Notes: a model not told the origin generated them from the letters alone. Positions 12,524 through 25,004 are shown, numbered from the whole stretch's first letter. The stretch: 62,443 nucleotides of DNA, filler included, from Sphacelaria rigidula (GCA_964200075.2; 11 parts of 11 records of this genome joined end to end with filler, not necessarily neighbours in it); one strand, 5' to 3'. Made by a program: numbers and translations.

Positions 12524-14091
12524 CTGAGGAGTAAGCGTAAGGAGCAGAGCCCGCACACAGGGGGCATTCACAATCGGCAGCGCCGCTCAAATAATGGCTG
12601 TGTCGCAAATAAGCTGAATGCTGGGGAAACAACGAGTGATGTGAATACTCGAGTGATTTCATAAATACCCTTGACGTAAATATATGCACCGATCAAAGAT
12701 ACACGCGGCTACACACCACACAACATCGGCAGGAAAGCCGTTGGAAAGCTCTTTGTACGGGATGAAACGAAGCGTCCACAGCTAGTTTGTCCCTAGTCTC
12801 CGAAGGGGTATTTATTGCCGACAGGCGTTTCTTGGGTCGAGCATCCTCATTCTTCGTGACATGGGGGCAAAAGGTACAGTTTGACATCTCGTTCAACTAT
12901 TGCGACGATTCGAGCACCAGCGTCCGCGACGCACGAACGCCAACGTCAACGAAAAAAAAATCCTAAAACGTGTCTCGTGTCTTCCAGCTCCCCATATGTA
13001 AAAAAAAAAAAAACATATGGCATACCAAACCGGAGAACGGCCGGACGTCAAAATATGTCAAAGCGTAAAATATATGGATACTTCCTCTGCCCCATAAGTA
13101 AAATCCCTTATGGGGGATAGGCTGTACCTTCCCAACGGAGGTGCTCACGATGTTATGGCTAGATTCGTTAAAAATATATACTTGTGGAGATGGCCACTGG
13201 GAAAATCAAATAAAAAAAATCGACCTACAATCTTTGAATCGTTGGGTCAAACATGGCCAAATTTCGACCAAATCCGTCATATCTGTACATTTCCGGCCGA
13301 ATTCCGACGAAATTGGCTTGTGTTGAAGAAATGGAAGGCTGCAATGTAAACGAGTGGTTTCGAACTAGGCGTCGCTGTCGTATGCCAGCAATGAACCGGA
13401 GAAAAGTAGCCAGTTATGCTTTTCTCGCGATTTTTGCCGCTTTCAAGATTCCCAGGGTTCTTCTCTGTCTTCTGTTAAAGGGGCGAAAAATGGCCATTTT
13501 TTGGACGCAGTGATCATTAATCGGTCGTTTGGGCACGCTGGCTGCTGCGCAAACAGAAGGGAAAAGAACGCAATTCAATAAAATAAAAACTGAAGATTTA
13601 CAAAAAAAGTATCGCCTACGGCATTGGGCACGGTTGAGGGTATGTGAGATCATAACGGACTTTACTTATGGGACAGAGGAAGTATAATATATCTTGAGAG
13701 ACGATTGTCCGGGGACACCGAGGACGTAGCATGCACGACACACGTCATGGCATCTTGGTCGACATAAGATTACGGTGCGGTATGGGATTCTGATCGGCCA
13801 TGCTGAAACGTTTTCACATATCGGACAGCTCATCAGCCACCTAAAGTAAATGATCAAAGAGGCCTCTCGGATCCGTTGTCCAAAAACACAAACACGCGAC
13901 GGCGGGGTCCGAGAAGCCAAAGCGATAGCTTGGCGCTACTCCGCCCGCTCGGCGTTCAGCGTTGTACGGAGCTAATACGGTAAAAGGGGTCAAATGAGCA
14001 ACCTTATGATCCGTATCGGTATACAGATGGTAAGTAATGCTCGGGTAGCTCCTGAGTTGTCCGACGTATAAAAAAAAAACCTTGCACGCAC

Positions 14092-14160
14092 CACGCTCGT
14101 AGGGTCCACCTCCACGGCCTTCTCCAGCATCTCCGTCGCCTTCTCCACGTCTTGCATCAT
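14092..14160 (-). CDS. TOM70: Tom70-like TPR protein exon
   Basis: MMQDVEKATEMLEKAVEVDPTSV with CAG/GTGCGT sites. Resembles the Tom70 QDLDRGLELISKAIEID segment (recalled, not aligned). Confidence 0.75.
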
Positions 14161-14344
14161 CTGGAGGTTACGGCGAGCGCAACACCCACGCGCGACCGAC
14201 AGGACATACATAATATCAGGGGGAGAAAATGAAAAGCTAGCATACCCCCCATAAGTACGCGATAGACAACGATTCCACACGTCGAAAGAGTCATTACTCG
14301 TCGAAACGAGTGCACTCGTGAATATTTTTTCGAAACACAACGAG

Positions 14345-14515
14345 CGATGACTCGAATACTCGCCCTCTTGATTTTTTCACAAAGAGAAATGACTCGCGTA
14401 CTCGCCCTATTTATATTTTCGCAACGAGCGATGACTCGAGTGCTCGAGGACCTCCAAAACTGGCCAAAGAGCAGGCCAACGAGTGCGAGTGCAACGAGTC
14501 ATAGTCGTGGTCGTC
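14345..14515. repeat. GAGCRATGACTCGAG-subrepeat dispersed repeat, second copy ~15190-15352
   Basis: Shared TGACTCGAGT(G/A)CTCGAGGACCTCCAAAA...CGTCCGACG. Confidence 0.7.
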
Positions 14516-14599
14516 CGACGCGTGAAGGGGTCATTAGTAATGCCCCGCTCATGCGGCACAGCCACCTATCTGAAGCTTGACAGTGCCTGTCATCACATG

Positions 14600-14764
14600 G
14601 GCGGAGCTGCACGAGCGAATGCAGAGAGCCTGCAGTGATGCGGAGCACTGTACAAGCAGAAATGCCGCAGCATTCATGCTGTACTGTTGGCGGCTGCGGC
14701 ATTTCTGCTTGTACAGTGCTCCGCACCACCGCAGGCTCCCTGCATTCACTACTGCGGCTCCGCC
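14600..14764 (-). ncRNA. Candidate intronic miRNA precursor hairpin
   Basis: 55-bp arms (14617-14671 / 14693-14747) with a 21-nt loop. All three mismatches are G-U pairs on the minus strand. Confidence 0.5.
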
Positions 14765-15941
14765 TGCTGTCGGCATTGCCGATGACTTCATACAGATATA
14801 TTCGCAGTTCACAATGGATGCGCATTTCACTGCCTAGCACCCACTCGCACCTACTGCCTGCGTTGTTCAGCTTATTGGTTCGGAACGACGCACGTCCCAG
14901 CATGTCGGCTGTTTTCGAAACGATTTGGAGGCATGTGCTACGTCGATGCTGCTCTCCTTGGTATGCCTTGTACACGCACAAGATGCCTTGCACATGCGCC
15001 AGGTTCTCTGCGTGAAGGCACCACAGTCTGAAAACACCATCCATCCTGTACATTATTCGCGACGTGGGATACCACTCTGCTTCGCATTGAAGCGGAACGC
15101 TTGTACATCTACAGATATGCATATGAACTCGAAGATTATAGGATCAAGATAGTCGAGGAGCTCATTGTAATTATTTGCTCGTCGGATTGCTGACTCCTCG
15201 ACTCGAGTCGTTCACGAGCAATGACACGAGCGCTCGCTCTATTGATTTTTCCACAACGAGCAATGACTCGAGTACTCGAGGACCTCCAAAAACGACCAAC
15301 GAGTAGCCCAACGAGCGCGAGTGCCACGAGTCATACTCGTGCTCGTCCGACGTATGAACGACTCGGAACCATACCACCGTAGGGTGGGGGGATTGCTGAT
15401 CAAAAGTACAGTGCTCATCGGTGCAAAGTGCAATGACACAATTCTGCTCATGTTTTCTCGCGAGGGAAGTGTCAAGTGTTACCAATTTTCCACACACACT
15501 TGCATGGCATATCACTTTGGAGACCAAGCTGGGTCACGGTTCTACAGCAATCAAGAACAAAGAAACATCGGCGGGGGAGAAGAAGCAAGAGGTGATGGAA
15601 GGGCATATAGCCCATGCTCCCCAGAATATACACCGTGAAATCAAGAAACCAACATGAAGGTGATTGCGAATCCTCGCTAGATATGACCGATAATCTATCT
15701 CCAATTTGGACTGACCCTTCATTTCTTCACCCACAGAAATCAATCATGGACGCACCGGAATGATGGCTTGATCCCTTGAGACCACGGACTCAACCCCAAG
15801 AAGGCAAAGGGTTACAAGTACGAAAAAGAAAAAACACACTCCCAACATGAGCATACCCTGCTTGCTTGCTCGCTGAATAAATTTCCAAATCATCATGGAC
15901 ACCCCATAACAGCATGCCACACCTACCAACAGCATGCGCAC

Positions 15942-16082
15942 CTGAAACAGAAAGGTCGCCTTGTTGATGTAAGCCGTCGTGCTCGAGGGGTCGGCTTCTA
16001 TAGCTTCATCAAACATCTTGTTCAGGTCATTGACTTGAGAAGTATCGCCCATTCTCACGGCCAACGTAAATCGAAGCTCCGC
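15942..16082 (-). CDS. TOM70: Tom70-like TPR protein exon
   Basis: AELRFTLAVRMGDTSQVNDLNKMFDEAIEADPSSTTAYINKATFLFQ has a TPR pattern. CAG/GTGCGC splice sites; 141 bp. Confidence 0.75.
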
Positions 16083-16887
16083 CTGCACGTGTAAAAACCA
16101 ACCAGGAAAAAAAAAAAAAAACGCGCACATCATGGTACAAGATCTTCAACTAAAGCGCAACCTCGATGGTTATGACGTACAAATGAATTACAAAACATGG
16201 TCATACTGTGGGAGATTGATTAGGGTAGCTGAGCTCTGCGGGCGCGGGAGGGGTGGGGTACGTGGGAGGAGCGGGCTGACGACCCTGTGGAAGGGCAAAA
16301 AGGTATAGGCGTGATCAGCGTATTGGGCGTTTTTGTCTAAAATAAACCAGGCAAGCAATCTTTCTCAAACGAGGATCAGAACATGAAAATGAAGGGGCGC
16401 AAAAAGCTCGCGACCAATTTGACTGTAGAATTATCATTACTCGTGTACCACTACTTACGTTGTAAAAGGGTGTGTGACAGCTAAACCTGTCGATACGACA
16501 TAAAAACCTCCACAAAAAAGGGGAGGGGGGGGGGGGATTGAAGAGTGAATATTCACGAGCGTGTTGAAGTGGCCAAACCGTGCACAACCACGAAGCATCA
16601 CAACGGATATGATTTCAATCATACCCTGGACAAGAGATTACATTATCGAAAACTGTACCGTGCACAGTATGGCAACATATTGTCTATCGCAGTAGACACA
16701 TTAGTCGACAGTATACGCAGTTCACTTTTCGACGTCGTAATCTGCTGTCCAGGGTATGATTTCAAATTGAAAACATTTCTGCCCAGTCCCGACACCCACC
16801 GCAAAACAGCAACAAGGAGCAAGAGAGCAAGCAACGGTTGTTGTTCCATGACAATAACAACAGGAGCCATGAAGGTGCATGACCGAC

Positions 16888-16958
16888 CTTGAGGGTGAGT
16901 AGCGGTTCCGCCTTCGAAACACTCCTGATCCCCTCGTCTGCAGTCTTCATACCTTCCA
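16888..16958 (-). CDS. Tom70-like TPR protein exon (5' end cut by contig edge)
   Basis: EGMKTADEGIRSVSKAEPLLTLK, GT donor, phase-0 join to AELRF of the next exon. Confidence 0.7.
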
Positions 16959-17388
16959 NNNNNNNNNNNNNNNNNNNNNNNNNNNNNNNNNNNNNNNNNN
17001 NNTTAATTAATTAANNNNNNNNNNNNNNNNNNNNNNNNNNNNNNNNNNNNNNNNNNNNCATCCTCAATCAATAGCACCATCCTCAACATAGATGATTGGC
17101 TGTTTTCATTGTGATACCACACCCCTGCAGAAAATGATCCTCCGTGTATAGAAAAATTTCAACAAATCTGCGAAACCATGACACATACAGGTGAACACAC
17201 GAATCCAAGTTTCGCGAATCTGAGCCCTCCCCGATTTGGCACAGATTAGGGTCCCACCAGATTCGGGATTGGCTGCTATACAAGTTGGTCTAACGCCTCA
17301 GATTTAGAAAAAGTGGGCTCTCGAATAAAAAAACGACGCGGGATTGGTCATAATAAAAGGTGTGGGTGGATTCTTATTTTTCTCCCAT

Positions 17389-17838
17389 AACACTGGATCT
17401 TACAAATTGGGGATGGATCTTTTATTGGGGATGAGAAACCCGGAGAATTAAAATCATCGTATCCACACCACCAAATCTTCAAAATATGGTTCCATTTGTT
17501 CACCTACTGATAGCTATTGACAACTGCTACACGCCATGGAAATTTGGACTTCGATCACCGAAATGTTGCGGTCCTAGGTGAAAAATCAGTTTTCGGGAAT
17601 TTTGAGCGTCCGAACGGACGCCAAAATGGTTCTGAAATTGATTTTTCACCTAGGACCGCAACATTTCGGTGATCGAAGTCCAAATTTCCATGGCGTGTAG
17701 CAGTTGTCAATAGCTATCAGAAGGTGAACAAATGGAACCATATTTTGAAGATTTGGTGGTGTGGATACGATGATTTTAATTCTCCGGGTTTCTCATCCCC
17801 AATAAAAGATCCATCCCCAATTTGTAAGATCCCGTGTT
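17389..17838. mobile_element. Palindromic MITE (~200-bp inverted arms)
   Basis: AACACTGGATCTTACAAATTGGGG ... CCCCAATTTGTAAGATCCCGTGTT, near-perfect arms. Confidence 0.9.
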
Positions 17839-18016
17839 CTATGTTGACTAGTAATTAATTAATTAAATACCTGATTAACTGATTAAATAAAATAAATAAA
17901 TTACTTCAAGGTTGATTGAGGATAGATGGTTGGATGGTTGGATGGTTGGATGGATGGATAGATGGATTGTATTTTTCGGACAAAGGGGGAAGACAACATG
18001 GGTGAATATCTTTTTT

Positions 18017-19188
18017 CGCAGAGAGGAAAGCTAACGCAGGAGTTTTTATTTTATTTTGAGCACTCCACCTTCCTTCTGCGGTGCTTGGCTTTTTTTTTAA
18101 TGAGAGAAGGGTTCAGCGGTCCCTCCCCTCGTCGACCGTGAAGTCGAACTTTGTGTACGCTCGACGTAGTCGCTCTCTACTCTAGCCGGTCGCCCCGGTG
18201 GCTCAGTTGGTAACCTCGACTCCTTTCGACGCTTGGGTCGTGGGTTCGAATCTCGGAACGATCTGCGATTTTTGTCATGCCCAACCGTGGAGAGCGACTA
18301 TGTCGTCGGTACACAAATTTCCACGGTTCGGACGAATCAGAGTTGATGCGAGTCGACTCGTCATGATGTGAAAGCAGGCATGCAGTATAAACTGTTGGTC
18401 CCGCTGAGTCGAGGGTGAACAACACATATGCAGCGCAGTCATTTTGCGCGCATTACAGCTGTGAGAAAATGACGCGTGGTTCAGGGCCCATCGGAAGTGA
18501 AGATTCAACCTGTACCACTTGCTGGTCCCGCATTAGCCCGAAGGTGGGGAAAATGTACGGCCACTCACTTCGAACGAGTTGGTCAAGCAAGTTGTACATG
18601 ACGTTCCCGACTCATGATGGTAAGAAGTACGTGGCATGTACAATCGATGCATTCAAATTTACAGTGCAGGGTTGACTATGTGCCTATTATTTACGCCGGT
18701 ATTCATGGAAGGTAGGAAGCGGGTACCTTTGGGTTATACTTCACGACGCACGAACTGAGAAGCTGTACAACTTACAAATAAATTATGTACGAATAGTGTA
18801 ATTTAGTCACGAGAATAATTCTATGAGTTGAATCACGAGTTTAGTTGTCCTAACCGTGCAAAATTCGACTCCATGGTCGACGAGGGAAAGTGACTGCTGA
18901 TCTCCTCTTGCGATGAAAGATAAAGGCAAGCACCGCAGAGAGAAGGTGGAGAACTAGAACAAAACAAGAACGAAAATCTTCCGTGTTGGCCTTCCTCCTG
19001 TGTGACCCCGGCTGGTGCGCCCACATATATATACCGAAAGGTGTAGAATGGCGTCCAGAATAGATGGGATAACAACACACTCTTGGGCATGGTGTAAGAG
19101 AAAATCCCAGGTCGTCCCGAGATTCGAACTCACGTCCCAACCTTCAAAAGGTTTCGAGGTTACCATCTGGGCCACCGGGGCGACCGGC
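18017..19188. mobile_element. Nested cluster: (-) SINE split by a (+) SINE (18185-~19078), itself split by a MITE
   Basis: All pieces align to the 7223 SINE. ACTCT is duplicated at 18179-18183 and 19079-19083. Confidence 0.75.
18322..18858. mobile_element. MITE with CACGGTT(C/A)GGAC TIRs and 8-bp TSD
   Basis: CAAATTTC (18314-18321) and CAAAATTC (18859-18866) flank it. The same right end TTGTCCTAACCGTG occurs near 5735-5748. Confidence 0.75.
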
Positions 19189-19249
19189 AACTGCTGTGTG
19201 TTACTCAATTATTTCCCCCGTGTGGAACTTTTAAACCGGTATCCGATAG

Positions 19250-19950
19250 TTTTGTAAGTTATGTGAGTCCATCACACCCCTGGTCGACAATTCTGTAAGG
19301 TCTGTAAGCCTCCTATAACCCCAACCGGGGTCAGGGTATATGTCCGGGGGAGGTGGTCGTGTCCAACCCTGTGTCGAATGGGATACGGTTTGTTGTATAC
19401 CCGGGGTATCTTGCCGGGTATAATCGCTACCCGACAGTTCTACGAGTTCTGTAAGAATTTCATGCCGATACCCGACATTTCTGTAGTTTCTGGAAGACTT
19501 TCATTGCCCTACCCGATATTTCTGTGAATTCTGTAAGACTTTCATCCCCCTACTCGATAGGTCTATGACTTCAGAAACACTTTCATACTCCTACTCGATC
19601 GGTCTGTCTGTGACTTCTGTAAGGCTTTCATACCGGTGCACGATAGTTCCGTGACTGTTGTACCCCCCCTGTACCATTACCCGACAGGTTTGTATTTTCT
19701 GTACACAAGATTTACCCTTACCAGGGTTACGGCATACCCTTGTAAAAATACCCGGGTGCGGGCTCGATTTTCTATGCAATCTTCACTCCTCACCCGACAA
19801 GTTCTGCTTTCTCTGTAAGCCTTTTATGCCTACCCGATAGATTCTGTAACCCTTGTGCGAATTTCATGCCGGTACCCGTTAGTTCCGTAAGTAAGTTCTA
19901 CAAATACTCTCATACCCTACCGAACATACCCTAACCCTACAAAATACAGC
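19250..19950. repeat. Dispersed repeat built of TACCCGACAGTTCTGTAAG-type subunits; reverse copies at ~58870-59430 and ~60095-61060
   Basis: Recurrent subunits and shared CCCGGGTAAATACCCCGGG-type segment. Confidence 0.8.
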
Positions 19951-21266
19951 ATTGTTTTCGGGCTGTGAACTAGCAGCTCTGGTCAGTTAGGTTTAAACTG
20001 GCCGCGCCAGTGGCCAGTACATCGATGTTTTTCCAATTTAATCGCCCCCCCACCGGCTGGTGAGGGGGGCCTCGCGGGAGCGCCGCCCAAGGCAAAAAAA
20101 AACACTGTGTTTGACTTACTTCCCCTTCAAAAATCGTGAATGGTTGTAAAAAATGCAACCAATCACATTCGCCAGCTAAGAGGCTTGGACTGCTCGAAAA
20201 TGTCATTCATCGTGGTGAGCGATTCGAAAATCATCCGTCTGTAGTATGCAGCAGTAGAGACTCTCCATGAAGAGCGGAGGATGGGAACAAGTAAGCCAAG
20301 GCTGGCAGTACCCGGGGACAAGAGCGCAAAACTCTCGACGTCCGACCAAAAAACATGCCTGTCGTTGAATAGAATGTGTATTTTGTGATCGTGAGTTACC
20401 GTTTGTTTTTGTTTTCTCGGATGAGGTATATATCTGCTGCATCACTTCGAGGCAACTGGGGTTCGGCGTTCGGCACTTCCGCATCAAGCGTCCCACAGTA
20501 AATGAATCACGCTTCTCCTTTATTTTCTTCATTTTCCGCATTCGACTGACCATCTGTCGACCTACCCGCTATGTATGGTAGATAAATGGAAAACTGCAGG
20601 ACAACAAGGTACCAACGAAGTTTGTGGTACCTGTATTACTGTAGAGTGCAGACTTCAATCGTAGTCTAATTATATACAGTTTTTCTTTCTTATAAAATCA
20701 CCATAATAAAAACTATTATACCAATATCCAGTCACGATAACACCCCCAGAAAAACGGGACAACTGGTGCTCTCGTACGAGCTGGGCCGAGAGTAAACCCA
20801 GCATTCTCTGTCGTCACCACAACTCTTCAAGTTTCCCAAATCAGCACCACCTGAGCATATCGCTGTGAACTGCAGACTAACCTGGTAGTATAAGGCGCCG
20901 CCGCTGCTCCATTGGTGCACTTTTGGCGATGATGTTATTGTACTGCATGGAGTACCGAGTACATCCCATTTCTTTGTGCGATAGCGTGTCTGTAGAACGA
21001 AATGCAGTGGAATTACGATAGACCGTTGCGCCGCATAGGCACACGCACGCCTGACATTCCCAGGCAAGAGCGTATTGTTCGTGCTGCAAGATGGCATCAA
21101 GCTCGTCATAAGCTCCATAATGGGAGAGAACTTCCNNNNNNNNNNGAGAAGTACTACTTGAAGCTGCGCTATACCCCTCCCCAAGAGCAAGACCATCACC
21201 AAAACATCGAGACCCTTTGCAACCCAGAGGTACGAGAGAGTATGCACGATTAGTGTGCACACAAAA

Positions 21267-21341
21267 CGTTTTTGTCGCGTTGGGATTCAAACTCGTGACC
21301 TGTGTGGTTTGAGGCTGCTGTATCAGTTTGACCACCGGGCC
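21267..21341 (-). mobile_element. 75-bp tRNA-like retrocopy or short SINE with 9-bp TSD
   Basis: CACACAAAA at 21258-21266 and 21342-21350. Degenerate A box TGGTCAAACTGA and B box AGTTTGAATCCC. Confidence 0.55.
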
Positions 21342-22578
21342 CACACAAAAAGTGCCACCCGAAGCCCAACTTTACGTACTTTTGGCTGAAAATTTACAAG
21401 GATATGATTGACGCGAGTGCCCGTATGTGCCGCCGCGTTGTCATCGTTTGCATCATTTTATGAGGAAGTTATAGCATTTTTCCTGTTTTTGCTGAAACTT
21501 CAACTTGCTCTAACTTCCGTTTGTTTGTTTTTTTCCTGTGCGCCCCTCACAGGGTTGCGTAGGTTGATGATAACAGTGTCGTGTCAAAATTTCAGCACCT
21601 AACTCTTCGAATAGCCAAAAGCATCCCCACTCTTCGTTTAAAAAACACTGATGGCCGGCCCAGCTCGTAGCCATTTCCGGTTGAACTCCAGTTACAGTGG
21701 AAATAGACAGCAGTAACTGGTCCGGTTCTCAGCCCAATTGATGCATACGTTCGGTGTACTTTACCACGGGAGGTGACACCATCCAATTCAGCCCCCGATC
21801 CAACACACATGGAGAACGGTTCGCTGGAGGAGGACCTCCCACCTTTTCTGTATTTACGCAATACAACTCACTTCTACATTCTGTACTTGCCTGTTCGCCC
21901 CGGTCCTATACTCGAAATCTGATAGTAGAAAATGCCATTATTTCTAACAGGCCGGTGTTTTTACCACGGTAAGGTTATCAATGAGTGCCCCTCAAAATTC
22001 AGCTTTTGACTCTTGGATGGGCCGTGCGAAGATGGTCAACCGCCCACAAGTGCTTCAGACCAGCTTAGCTCGCATAACGTGATTACCGAAAGCAACCTAT
22101 TATCCAACTTCTTGCTTTTTCCAACTACTTGACATTATTTCTGTCAGCACCTGTTGGTCTTGCATTCGCTCACGGTTCAACTATGTTTCCTTCCGTATTT
22201 TCCTCGCTGCACTTTCCGTAACAGTCCCTCCGTGGTGCAATCGCTAGCCTCCACGCTTGTTCACGTCTCGTCGTTCCTTTACTCTGCCCCTTGCCTACCT
22301 TCTTTTTACCGCGATACGTTCCAGAAACAGATGCCTACACTCAAAACATGACCGACTTCTTCCCATCTGATCATTCACGTCAGCTTTCGGCAGCATCTGT
22401 GACTGTTTAGCGGCTTCGTTTCTTCTCATCTTGGGCTCCGTTTCTTTCGGCGTTGTGTCGTCTTCTGTGTGTGCCTGAGCTTCATATTTCGTTGCTCGTA
22501 CAGAAACGTGGTGAAATCAACTTCCACCAACCGTGCCTACTCTTTTTCTCTCCCGGCGCTTTCGCGGGCCAAGAGAGA

Positions 22579-22644
22579 GGGGTGTACTCATGATCATGCA
22601 TGCCACAGTCATACGACTTTTGACCTCGCATCCCTACAAAGCCA
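22579..22644 (-). mobile_element. Second C-tailed retroposon family (also 43151-43260 and 43670-43718)
   Basis: G-run + TGTACTC ... TTGACCTCGCATCCCTAC, sharing motifs with the LINE 3' end. Confidence 0.6.
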
Positions 22645-22744
22645 NNNNNNNNNNNNNNNNNNNNNNNNNNNNNNNNNNNNNNNNNNNNTTAATTAATTAA
22701 NNNNNNNNNNNNNNNNNNNNNNNNNNNNNNNNNNNNNNNNNNNN

Positions 22745-22803
22745 ATTTGTTGCTTGCCTTAGTCGTTCGACCATTGACCACGCATCCCTTTCGAGACGGA
22801 GCG
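22745..22803 (-). mobile_element. Copy of the LINE-3'-end retroposon (also 45263-45299, 56911-56974, 62294-62364, 62423-62443)
   Basis: ATTTGTTGCTTGCCTTAGTCG...GCATCCCTTTCGAGACGGAGC. Confidence 0.85.
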
Positions 22804-23264
22804 GGGGGGGGGCGGGGGGGAGGTTACCGCACACGACTCCCTGCATGATGTGCTGCAACTACGAGGTTGCTGCAGATCCGGCCTCCGAGCTGTGCTGTCC
22901 GTCTTCAACGCCCCGTCATTGCCCGTTCCTGTCTACGTGGTTTGACATGCTCGGTCTAGCTACGCGGGGCCCTCCACCCCATCCCATCACAGTCCATCTC
23001 GCAATTCAGTCGTACAGTGTACACTAGAGTACGACCCATTTAGTTCCCACAAACGAAACGGATCATACCTCCCGTGACACCCTCTGAGTAAGAAGCTTAT
23101 GCCCCTACACGCACCGTCCCGGGCAGGGTGGAGCGTACCCGCTGTCCGCGGGTCCCTTTATGCCGACGGCGACGGAGAGACTCCTCACCCGTTCCCACAC
23201 CCCGTGCATGTATAACTGTACCAAACTGATGGGTTCGAAGCCCTGTTGGTGTCGTTTCTACTGA

Positions 23265-23709
23265 AACACGGGACCTTACAAATTGGGGATGGATCTTCCA
23301 TTGGAGATGAGAAACCGGGAGAATTAAAATCTTCGTATCCACACCAAATCTTCGAAATATAGTTTGATTTCTTCACCTACTGATAGCTATTGACAACTGC
23401 TATAAGCAATAGAAATTTGGACTTTGATATCCGAAATTTTGGGGTCCTAAGTGAAAAACCATATATGGGAAATTTCGGGTGTCCGAACGGACGCCAAAAT
23501 GGTTCCGAAATGGTTTTCACCTAGAACCCTAAAATTTCGGTGATCGAAATCATTTTTTTTTTCATAGCGTATAGCAGTTGTCAATAGCTATCAGTAGGTG
23601 AAGAAATGGAACCATATTTCGAAGATTTGTTGTGGATACGAAGATTTTAATTCTCCGGATTTCTCATTCCCAATATAAGATCCATCCCCAATTCGTAAGA
23701 TCCCGTGTT
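23265..23709. mobile_element. Second copy of the palindromic MITE, flanked by CTGA
   Basis: Same arms and same central CGAACGGACGCCAAAATGG as 17389-17838. Confidence 0.9.
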
Positions 23710-25004
23710 CTGAACATGTTCATCTTACACGCGAATCAAGATGCTTTAGCGGTCAGTCCGGCCATGTTGTCTTGTGAGTCATGCCACGGAAGGGTTTCTA
23801 CTCTTGGGCCCAGACCTTTCTCTTTGAGGTGCTCCCGAAGGTACGAGCTGCACAAGAATAGCGATCAGGACATTTCCGCTCTGGAATACAACCGAGATAT
23901 CCCTAGTTGACCATTGGAATGCTATTCGTGGCACGCTCTCACCCATTTCATAACTCGTCGCTTGGGTATTAGATAAAGGGCTCCTAACCATTCAAACTTG
24001 AGAAATAGTTTGTGCAAGCGTACCAGTAGAGTTAACCGGAGTTGGGCTACAACTTACTCATAGTTGATATTTCTTGATATGAGTGTGCACAACGAGGATC
24101 GGATCTTCGCCGGGGCTCGACAGTCCCGTGTACAATCTTCATGGTTGACGTATTTTACAACTATCGCTAACCCTAACCCTAACCCTAACACAACGCATAC
24201 AGAGAAACCTCCAGCAAGGGAGGTGCACAGGGTTTCCTCGGCAAAGTGTGGCGTTGGTAGACCCCAAATCAGCGTGGCACCGACTTGCACAAAATTGCGT
24301 TCTCGCAGTGCATTCTACAACCCACTCTTAGATTTGAGGAAGACGCGTCCCCTTACTAGCCACGAGGTTTGTTATATGTTCCGTGAAACCCACTGAACAG
24401 AAAGCGGGTGACCGAAGACCCACCGCGGTGGGTAAATGTGGAACGCACCCAATGTCTGTGGGTCCGCTCCACACGCACGCATAATCGACAAACGCAGGAA
24501 GCACCCAAAATTGTCTCTCGTACGACGTAGCAACAGTGTTGAACAATTGGCTAGTTCATGGCGAGCTCTTGATGTGGATATATGTGGGCTATCGAGGGTT
24601 CAAACCGTGACTGTGGGTCACGCGAGTAACAAGTAGAAGGGTTGATGCGTGTGTCTACTCACCTTCCTACATTGCTCAAGTTTTTACAGGATTCCATACA
24701 CAGGCAGGGATGAGCTGTCAACGAAAGCAGATCAACACCTAGAAACCAAATGCTATCTTCGGAGGTTATTCTGGAAAATAGCACATGTGCAAACCTCGCC
24801 AGAGGGGGGCAGAACGTATAAAACGGAGATTATAACCAGACGGCCATAAGCTGTAGTATGGAGCCATTCTTTGGCAACATCGGGATTACCCCCTGCAAAC
24901 ATTCGCGGTGTGAAGGAAGCAAGCTGGGATATATATATATATATATATATATGCGGTTGCTTTTCATGTGTTTGCACCTGTTTTCGCTTCTGGTGAGTAA
25001 ACAG

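Noticed and set aside
18185..19188. Apparent novel element with tRNA-like terminal inverted repeats
   Set aside because: Better explained by a SINE inserted into an antisense SINE. The missing body lies at 18017-18178 and a short duplication marks the junctions.
21040..21229. Possible + strand exon (AHARLTFPGKSVLFVLQDG...)
   Set aside because: Interrupted by an N gap, frame unresolved, no recognisable family.
24167..24189. Telomeric (CCCTAA)n
   Set aside because: Only about 3.5 internal units; not a chromosome end.
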